DNA of 64,000 nucleotides from Vicinamibacterales bacterium (GTDB lineage Bacteria; Acidobacteriota; Vicinamibacteria; Vicinamibacterales; UBA8438): NCBI GenBank assembly GCA_965202695.1, contig OZ241843.1, positions 436,781 to 500,780 of the forward strand, read 5' to 3'. Shown piece by piece: positions 57,345 to 64,000 of this stretch (position 1 is its first letter; each line of letters starts with the position of its first letter). The notes under the pieces were generated by a model. It saw only the letters and a program-made list of their open reading frames with translations, ran no database searches and was not told where the DNA came from. The position numbers and the translations under genes were made by a program.

Positions 57345-60300
57345 ATGGATGCCACGTCGCCTCGCTGGTGCGCCGTCACCGCCTCCGAGTTCCCCTGGGA
57401 ACGGGAAGCGCTGGAGTTCGTGCGCGAGCGGCTGCCCGATCACGAACCCTGCCGCGCCTGGTCCAACTTCGAGTTCATCGCCGAGGACGGGTCGATCAAC
57501 GAAGTCGACCTGCTCGTCCTGACTTCCAAGGGGTTCTACCTCGTCGAGATCAAGAGCGACCCCGGGGTCGTGGAGGGCGACGCGGGCGCCTGGACGTGGC
57601 GCCGCGACGGCCGCGCCCGCACCACCGACAACCCGTTGCTCCTCGCGAACCGCAAGGCGAAGAAACTGGTTTCGCTGCTGCGGCGCCAGCCGGCCCTCCG
57701 GCAGAAGGCGCGCGCCCCCTTCCTCGAAGCCCACGTCTTCCTGTCGCATCCCGACGTCGACTGCCGCGTCGCGGACAACCTGCGCGACCGCGTGCACCTT
57801 CGCGACGCGGGCGCGGGCCGCGCCGAGCGGCCCGGCATCGTCGCGGCGCTGACCCGCTGGAGCGCGGGGACACCGCCCCGCGCGCGCCTCGACCGCCCCG
57901 TCGCCAAGGCCGTGGCCCGCGCCATGCATGAGGCGGGCATTCGCCGCTCGCAGCGTGCGCGGCGCGTGGGCGACTACCGGCTCGACGCGCTGCTCCTGGA
58001 GGGGCCGGGCTACCAGGACTGGACCGCCCACCACGCGGCCATCGAAGGCGAGCAGGCGCGCATCCGGATCTACGGCGTCCCCGCCGCGGCCACCGACGAA
58101 GAGCGCACCCGGCTGCGCCGCGCCGCCCGGCGCGAGTACCAGATATTGCGCGACGTGCGGCACGAGGGCATTCTCGCGGCCCGGGCGTACACGGAACACG
58201 AGCTGGGACCGGCCCTGGTCTTCGAGCACCGCGAGGGTTCCCGGCGCTTCGACCACTGGCTCGCCGAGCGGGCCGCCGACCTCGACATCGACACCCGCCT
58301 GCACCTGCTGCGCCAGATCGCCGAGGCGCTTCGCCACGCCCACGCGAAGCGCCTCGTCCATCGCGCCCTGTCGCCGCAGAGCGTGCTCGTGGTCGACCCC
58401 GACGCCCCGCGGCCGCGCCTCCGGCTGTTCAACTGGCAGACGGCGGCGCGGCTGGCGCTCGACACCGGCGCGGCCGAACCGGTCACCGCGGGGGCGAGCC
58501 GTCTCGGACCGCTCGTCGACGACGCGGCCCTGGTCTATCTCGCGCCCGAGGCGATCACCGATCGGGGGACCGCCGGCGAACCGATCGACGTGTTTTCGCT
58601 CGGCGCCATCACCTGGCATCTCTTCACGGGAGGCCCGCCCGCGTCGAGCCTCGTCGAGATGACGGAACGGCTGCAGAACGAACGGGGCCTCCGCATCTCC
58701 TCCGTCCTCGACGGCGCCGGCGAGAGCCTGCAAGACCTCGTTCGGTACGCCACCCACCCCGAGGTCACGACCCGGTTCGACTCGGTCGGCGATTTCCTGG
58801 ACGGGCTCGAACGCTTCGAGGAGGAGGTCACGCGGCCCGACGAGCGGCCCTGCGCGGACCCCCTCGACGCGCGCCCGCGCGATGCGCTCGCGCACGGACT
58901 CGTCGTCAAGCGCCGGCTGGGCCGGGGCTCGACGGCGCTGGCGCTGCTCGTCGAGCGCGACGGATGCGAACACGTGCTGAAGGTCGCGCTGTCGCCCGAC
59001 CGCAACGACCGCCTCGAAGCGGAGGCGAAGGCCCTGCGCGGCCTGCGGCACCAGAACGTCGTCGAGCTGCACGACGAGCTGCGGTTCGGCGACCGCGTGG
59101 GGCTGCTGATGGCGAAGGCGGGAGACGCTACGCTCGCCGACCGCCTGCGCGAGGAAGGGCGTCTCCACCTCGAACTGCTCGAACGCTTCGGCGAAGACCT
59201 GCTCGTCACCGTCGACTGGCTGGAGCAGAAGGGGATTCCGCATCGCGACATCAAGCCCGAGAACCTGGGCGCGGCGAAGCTCGACAGCCGGTTGCACCTC
59301 GTTCTCTTCGATTTCTCGCTCGCCGGCATTCCCGCCGAGAACGTCCTGGCCGGCACCCGCCACTATCTCGACCCCTTCCTCCAGACGCGCACGCCCCCGC
59401 GCTGGGACACCCATGCCGAACGGTTCGCGGCGGCCGTCACCCTCTACCAGATGTCGACGGGCGCGCTGCCGCGGTGGGGCGACGGACAAAGCGAACCGGC
59501 GGTGCTCGACTGCGAGGCGGCGCTGGACGCCGACGCGTTCGAGCCGGCGACCCGCGAAGGGATGATCCGTTTCTTCGGCAAGGCGTTGCGGCGCGACTAT
59601 CGCGAGCGCTTCGACAACGCGCAGGAGATGCTTCGCGCCTGGCGTCAGCTCTTCCTCGCGGCGGACCGGCCCGAGGCGACGACCGATACCGGCGAGCGCG
59701 AGCCCGCCGTCGCCCTCGACCACGCGACCCTCCACACCCTGCTGAGCACGCTGGAACTGAGTGCGCGCGGCCTGAGCGCGGTCGAGCGCATGAACGTCCG
59801 CACCGTGGAAGACCTGCTGCGGTTCCCCCTGATCCAGGTGAACCGGATGCGCGGCGTCGGCAGCCGCACGCGAAAGGAATTGACGGATCTGGCGCGGCGG
59901 CTCGCGGAACGGTTCCCGGAAGCGTCTCGATCTCCGAAGACGGCGCCCGCCGAAGACGCCGGCGAGCTCCCGGAGTCGGCCGCCCGGGCGAGCGTGGACG
60001 CATTGCGGCGCCAACTGCTGCCAGCCGGCCGCACCGCCCGCTCGCAGTGCGACGCCGGGCTGCTGGCCGTGTTCCTCGGACTGCGCGACGGACCCTCGTC
60101 GCCCGGTGACGGTGTCGCAGGGGATCGGCCCGCGCGCGCCCCGTGGCCGAGCCAGAGCGACGTGGCGCGGGCGCTCGGCGTCGCTCCCGCGGCGGTGAGC
60201 CACGCCCTCGCGCGGGCGCGGCGGCGGTGGGTCAAGGCGTCCGCGCTGACCGCGCTCCGGCACGAAGTCGTGGAGATTATCGAGGCCCACGGCGACGTGA

Positions 60301-61625
60301 TGACGGCGCACGAGCTGGCCGGCGCCCTCCTCGCCCGCCGCGGCTCCGTGCAGCAACCGCCGCTGCGATTGCGCCACGCCGGCGCGTGCGTGCGCGCGGC
60401 GGTCGAAGTGGAGCGCCACCTGGCCGCGCCGCGCTGGATCGTGCGGCGGGCGGGCCGGGCCGACGGGGTCGTGCTGATCGCCCGCGACGGAAGCGGCGAG
60501 CCGGGCGAGCCGCGCATCGACGGCCAGAGGCTGGCCGATTTCGCCGAACGACTGGGCCGGACCGCCGACGAACTGGCGGAGGCCGACCCGCTGCCCCCGC
60601 CGGCCCGGGTCGTCGAGGCGCTGCAGGCGGCGCGGGCGCCGGCCGGCGTGACCAGACCGGCCGCGAGCCGGCTGCCGACCCTCGCCGCCGCCGCGTCGCG
60701 GCGCGCCGCGCTCTCCAGCCGGCTCGAGCTCTATCCCCGCGGCATGGACGCGGAGCGGGCGCTCAAGCTGGCGCTCGGCGCCCTGGCGGGCGCCCGTCTG
60801 CTGACCCCCGACGCCATCCGAGATCGCGTGGCCGGCCGCTATCCCGACGCGGCGCCCCTGCCGGGCCGGCCGGCGCTCGACACGCTGCTCGAGAACGCGG
60901 GCAGCGGGTTGCGCTGGAGCCCCGACGCCCACCGCGGGCAGGGCGCCTACGCGGCTCCGCGGCTCCGCGAGTTCGTGACCGTCACGTCCCGGACGAGCAG
61001 TTACTCGCGCATCAGCCACGGCGCTTCCGTGGCCGCCGAGACCGGCTCGCCGTGGACCGACGCCGACGCCTTCGACCAGCGGCTGCGGCGCGCCCTGGAC
61101 GATCAGGCGTTCCTGGCCCTCACCGTGCCGCCGCGGCGCATCCTCGACGCCGAGCGCGCCCTCGCGTCGGCGTTCGCCATCGACGTGCGGAGCTTCGACG
61201 CGGTGCTGATCCGCCACATGCGGGCCGCCGCCCGCGAAGCCGGCGCCGACTGGGACGTCGTGCTGCGCGCCGACCGGCAGCCCCGGGACAGCGCGGACTG
61301 GGCCAACCTCGTGCGTCTCGTCGAGCACCGCGCGCTGCCGCGCGTGCGGTCGGCGCTGGCGGCGGCGCCGCGGACGGTGCTGTTGACGAACGCGGGGTTG
61401 CTGGCCCGCTACGGGCGGATGTCGTTCCTCGACGAGTTGCGCGACGCGGCCGGCCGGGACGGCGGTCCCCCCGGCGTCTGGCTGCTGACGGCGGACGACG
61501 AACAGGAGACGCGGCCGATGATCGACGGCCGGCCCGTGCCGGTCTTCACGGCCGCGCAATGGGCGCGCATCCCGAAGGCGTGGCTCGCCGCCCGGGCCGC
61601 CGCCGCACCCGAGGCGGCGCCGTGA
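57345..61625 (+). CDS. pglW: BREX type 2/Pgl Ser/Thr kinase PglW
   Basis: SEFPWEREAL..RAWSNFEF..EVDLL..VEIK NERD domain; degenerate kinase (HRALSP); kinase (HRDIKPEN, LFDFSL); RNAP-alpha-CTD-like segment; RLELYPRGM; LLARY. Confidence 0.88.
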   Translation: MDATSPRWCAVTASEFPWEREALEFVRERLPDHEPCRAWSNFEFIAEDGSINEVDLLVLTSKGFYLVEIKSDPGVVEGDAGAWTWRRDGRARTTDNPLLLANRKAKKLVSLLRRQPALRQKARAPFLEAHVFLSHPDVDCRVADNLRDRVHLRDAGAGRAERPGIVAALTRWSAGTPPRARLDRPVAKAVARAMHEAGIRRSQRARRVGDYRLDALLLEGPGYQDWTAHHAAIEGEQARIRIYGVPAAATDEERTRLRRAARREYQILRDVRHEGILAARAYTEHELGPALVFEHREGSRRFDHWLAERAADLDIDTRLHLLRQIAEALRHAHAKRLVHRALSPQSVLVVDPDAPRPRLRLFNWQTAARLALDTGAAEPVTAGASRLGPLVDDAALVYLAPEAITDRGTAGEPIDVFSLGAITWHLFTGGPPASSLVEMTERLQNERGLRISSVLDGAGESLQDLVRYATHPEVTTRFDSVGDFLDGLERFEEEVTRPDERPCADPLDARPRDALAHGLVVKRRLGRGSTALALLVERDGCEHVLKVALSPDRNDRLEAEAKALRGLRHQNVVELHDELRFGDRVGLLMAKAGDATLADRLREEGRLHLELLERFGEDLLVTVDWLEQKGIPHRDIKPENLGAAKLDSRLHLVLFDFSLAGIPAENVLAGTRHYLDPFLQTRTPPRWDTHAERFAAAVTLYQMSTGALPRWGDGQSEPAVLDCEAALDADAFEPATREGMIRFFGKALRRDYRERFDNAQEMLRAWRQLFLAADRPEATTDTGEREPAVALDHATLHTLLSTLELSARGLSAVERMNVRTVEDLLRFPLIQVNRMRGVGSRTRKELTDLARRLAERFPEASRSPKTAPAEDAGELPESAARASVDALRRQLLPAGRTARSQCDAGLLAVFLGLRDGPSSPGDGVAGDRPARAPWPSQSDVARALGVAPAAVSHALARARRRWVKASALTALRHEVVEIIEAHGDVMTAHELAGALLARRGSVQQPPLRLRHAGACVRAAVEVERHLAAPRWIVRRAGRADGVVLIARDGSGEPGEPRIDGQRLADFAERLGRTADELAEADPLPPPARVVEALQAARAPAGVTRPAASRLPTLAAAASRRAALSSRLELYPRGMDAERALKLALGALAGARLLTPDAIRDRVAGRYPDAAPLPGRPALDTLLENAGSGLRWSPDAHRGQGAYAAPRLREFVTVTSRTSSYSRISHGASVAAETGSPWTDADAFDQRLRRALDDQAFLALTVPPRRILDAERALASAFAIDVRSFDAVLIRHMRAAAREAGADWDVVLRADRQPRDSADWANLVRLVEHRALPRVRSALAAAPRTVLLTNAGLLARYGRMSFLDELRDAAGRDGGPPGVWLLTADDEQETRPMIDGRPVPVFTAAQWARIPKAWLAARAAAAPEAAP

Positions 61626-61749
61626 CGCGGCACGCGCCGCCGGACGCGATCGACACGCATCTCGTTACGCCGCTCCGTCCGCCGCTTCATGCGTTGCCCC
61701 ACGGGGCTCCTGCCAGGAAGCCGGCGAGCTCCGCACTGAGCGGAGACTC

Positions 61750-61972
61750 CTTGAACCGTGCCCGCGGCAGACTGCACCGTGAGTTCTTCGAGAGCGTGCC
61801 GCTCGTATCGCGTGGCGATCAGGCCCTTTCTGGCCGCCCTGCCGCGGCCGAACGGCGAGGGCAACTCGCGGACGGGCTTGCCGACCCATTTGCAGCCGGC
61901 GTGAGCGCCCAGGCTCCGTCGTGCGAACGCGACGTCATGGCGGCCTTCGCAGAACACGAGCACCGCCTTCAT
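61750..61972 (-). pseudogene. N-terminal TOPRIM-like (DUF3226-type) fragment, probably truncated
   Basis: MKAVLVFCEGRHDVAF; 4-bp overlap with the ATPase stop; the ORF then loses protein-like character and runs antisense into pglW, so the end is approximate. Confidence 0.5.
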
Positions 61973-63999
61973 CGCACGCTCCGCAGGTCGAAGTCGACCG
62001 CCTCGTGCAGTCTGCGCAGCTTCCGGCCGTCGTAGCGCCGGACCTGGGCGGCATCGTCGGTGCGGTTGAGCGCGTAGCCGACGACGTCTTCGATCCCGTG
62101 TCCGTTCAGAAGGAAGGCGTCAATCGCTTCCTTGCTGTGGGTCGACAGGAAGACCTGCACACCGAGTGCTGCGGCGAGGCCCTGCACGAGGCGCGTGAAC
62201 TCGACGAGGAGCTCCGTGTGGATCGCGTTCTCGAACTCGTCGATCAGCAGCACGCCGCCCCGGACGCCGGCGAACAGCAGCCCGATCTCGAACACGCGCC
62301 GCAGGCCCTCGCCGAACATGGCGAGGTCAGGTGCTTTCACGCGCCGCATACCTTCGCCGGACACGGCGAGGTCAGGTGCTTTCTCGAAATCATCGTGAGG
62401 GACCAGGAACCGGTTGAACCGATCGCCCAGCTCGATGTTGCGGACTCCGGGATCGACGTGATCGCGGATGAAGTCGATGATCCGTTGCTTCGTCCCCGCC
62501 TCGAGGCTCTCCTTGTTGCAGCGCGCGAGCGTATCGGGGCGGTTGGCCGAGAACGGGCTCGTGAACGCCGAACGGCACAGCCAGTGCTGCCCTTGGAAAC
62601 TGGTGCGCCGGGGACGGTCGCCGAAGAAGACGACGTCCGTGCTCTGCGCATGCTCCCCGTAACTGGCTTCGATGGCGAGCTTCGCAAAAAAGGAAGTCTG
62701 GTCTTCCACGTCCGGTCCTGGTTCGTCGGCGACGTCGAACTCCACGCTCGCCACGGCGTCCGGGACCTGATCGAAACGTCCCTTGATGCGGGCCGCCCGC
62801 GGAAGCTGTTCGACGAGCCACTGCGGGTCCGGCTCGCCCTCCACCCGGCCGCGCCAGCGGATGGCGTCCAGCAGCGCCCGCTCGTCGTTCTGGTGGGCCA
62901 GCAGGTAGATCGCTTCGAGCAGCGACGTCTTCCCCGCGTTGTTGACGCCGACGATCAGATTGACGCGGCCCGGAGCTTCGAGGACGAGGCCGTCGACGCC
63001 GCGGTAGCGCTCGACGTGGACGGTGGAAAACCGCGACCGCGTGATCTCGTTGAACGGTTGCCACGGCAGCCGCGGTCCGGCGGCCGGCGGGCGCCGCTTG
63101 CGGGCCAGCGCGATGCCCTGGAGCCGGCCGACGAGCTGCTCCACCCGGTCGAGTTGGCCGGGGTCCAGTTCCCCGACCTTCCCGTCGAGCTTCTGGATGC
63201 CCCTGTCGCAGGACTTGAATGCGCCGTCGATTTCGCTCTTGACCAGGAGATCGCTGGAGAGCGTCGCCGCCTGGAGACTGCGGGTTTCGTCGAGACTCTT
63301 GACGGCTTGGGGATCCGCGACGAGCTTGGCAAGCTCGCGCACGTGGCCGCCGGTCGTGATCACGGGATCGGGCGTTGACCGAACGTCGACGTCCTGGCCG
63401 TCTTCTTCTCCCTCGTCCGGTTCCGCTTCGCGCGACATCCACGAAAACAGTCGATCAACGTTGGAGCGATTGGAGGCGGCGCGCGTCTCGTGATCCCAGC
63501 CGAGCCAGTCGCGCATCGCCTCGTTCTTGAGGACCTCGCGGAACAGGTTGTACTTCTCGGACTGGAACTGGTCGCCGTAGTCGCTCGCGCGGTAGGCGCC
63601 CACCAGCGCCAGCGTCCGCACCGACAGGTTGAACTCGCGCTTGCTCACGCCGAGGGCCCGGCAGACCGCGTCCGCGTCGCCGTCGAAGTGCGGAAGCAGC
63701 CGCTCCATCGCCAGCGCGCGGTTGACGGCGGGCCAGCGCTGCTTGCCCGAGATGTGGTGCAGGCCCATCATCACCAGGCGATCGCGATCGCCCGCGTCCT
63801 GGTGGAGCACGACCGGCAACGCGGAAAACACCTTGCCGTCCAGCTTGCCGAGATCGATGGCGTCCTCTTCGTGCCGGCGCTGCAGGTGCTTGAGCGTCGC
63901 GACGCGCCGGTTCCCTTCGACCACGAGGAACCGTCCCGCTTCCGTGCGCTGGACCAGAACGGGGTCGATGTCGAGCCAGCCGTTCGCCTTGATGCTGGC
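61969..63999 (-). CDS. ParB/Srx-like domain fused to an AAA_21/ABC-type ATPase (5' end outside window)
   Basis: SIKANGWLDIDP..VVEGNRRVATLK..GLHHISGKQRW; NLIVGVNNAGKTSLLEA, FGEGLRR, LLIDEFENAIH, QVFLSTHS. Confidence 0.8.
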   Translation of the reverse strand, partial: ASIKANGWLDIDPVLVQRTEAGRFLVVEGNRRVATLKHLQRRHEEDAIDLGKLDGKVFSALPVVLHQDAGDRDRLVMMGLHHISGKQRWPAVNRALAMERLLPHFDGDADAVCRALGVSKREFNLSVRTLALVGAYRASDYGDQFQSEKYNLFREVLKNEAMRDWLGWDHETRAASNRSNVDRLFSWMSREAEPDEGEEDGQDVDVRSTPDPVITTGGHVRELAKLVADPQAVKSLDETRSLQAATLSSDLLVKSEIDGAFKSCDRGIQKLDGKVGELDPGQLDRVEQLVGRLQGIALARKRRPPAAGPRLPWQPFNEITRSRFSTVHVERYRGVDGLVLEAPGRVNLIVGVNNAGKTSLLEAIYLLAHQNDERALLDAIRWRGRVEGEPDPQWLVEQLPRAARIKGRFDQVPDAVASVEFDVADEPGPDVEDQTSFFAKLAIEASYGEHAQSTDVVFFGDRPRRTSFQGQHWLCRSAFTSPFSANRPDTLARCNKESLEAGTKQRIIDFIRDHVDPGVRNIELGDRFNRFLVPHDDFEKAPDLAVSGEGMRRVKAPDLAMFGEGLRRVFEIGLLFAGVRGGVLLIDEFENAIHTELLVEFTRLVQGLAAALGVQVFLSTHSKEAIDAFLLNGHGIEDVVGYALNRTDDAAQVRRYDGRKLRRLHEAVDFDLRSVR

Positions 64000-64000
64000 G

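Noticed and set aside
61409-61750. Full 187-aa ORF 61409-61972 as an intact gene
   Set aside because: The distal part is low-complexity and overlaps pglW antisense by more than 200 bp

Overview
Very GC-rich bacterial DNA. DUF1592/DUF1552, several PQQ-like propellers, a VWA-like gene and the futalosine pathway are compatible with an Acidobacteriota-like host (inference only). The centrepiece is a large RiPP cluster with nitrile-hydratase-like (NHLP/proteusin-type) leaders at about 31.7-50.4 kb. It has eight intact precursors, one core-less leader protein, two precursor remnants, a fused E1/YcaO cyclodehydratase, a SagB-type dehydrogenase, two PoyD-like radical SAM enzymes (one with Ser in place of the conserved TIAC Cys), a LanM-like enzyme lacking its zinc-binding cyclase motifs, HlyD and TolC. 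The two matching NHLP ABC exporters lie about 11 kb away (15.9-21.0 kb) but share a ~85-bp upstream element with the main operon. All eight cores end in a fixed 14-residue register running from an invariant Lys to an invariant C-terminal Ser, with Cys/Thr/Ser exchangeable at fixed positions. The cluster shows tandem duplication, fossil enzyme genes, a MITE with both filled and empty sites, and nested IS remnants. Elsewhere: an IS3 element separating the N-terminal repeats and C-terminal tail of a giant surface protein, housekeeping genes (malic enzyme, mqnB, mqnD, aminotransferase, FAD/FeS oxidoreductase), and a defence-like region (orphan pglW; ParB-ABC ATPase fusion with a TOPRIM-like partner) running off the right edge. 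No rRNA, tRNA or CRISPR array was seen. All family calls come from motif recognition by eye; no database searches were run.
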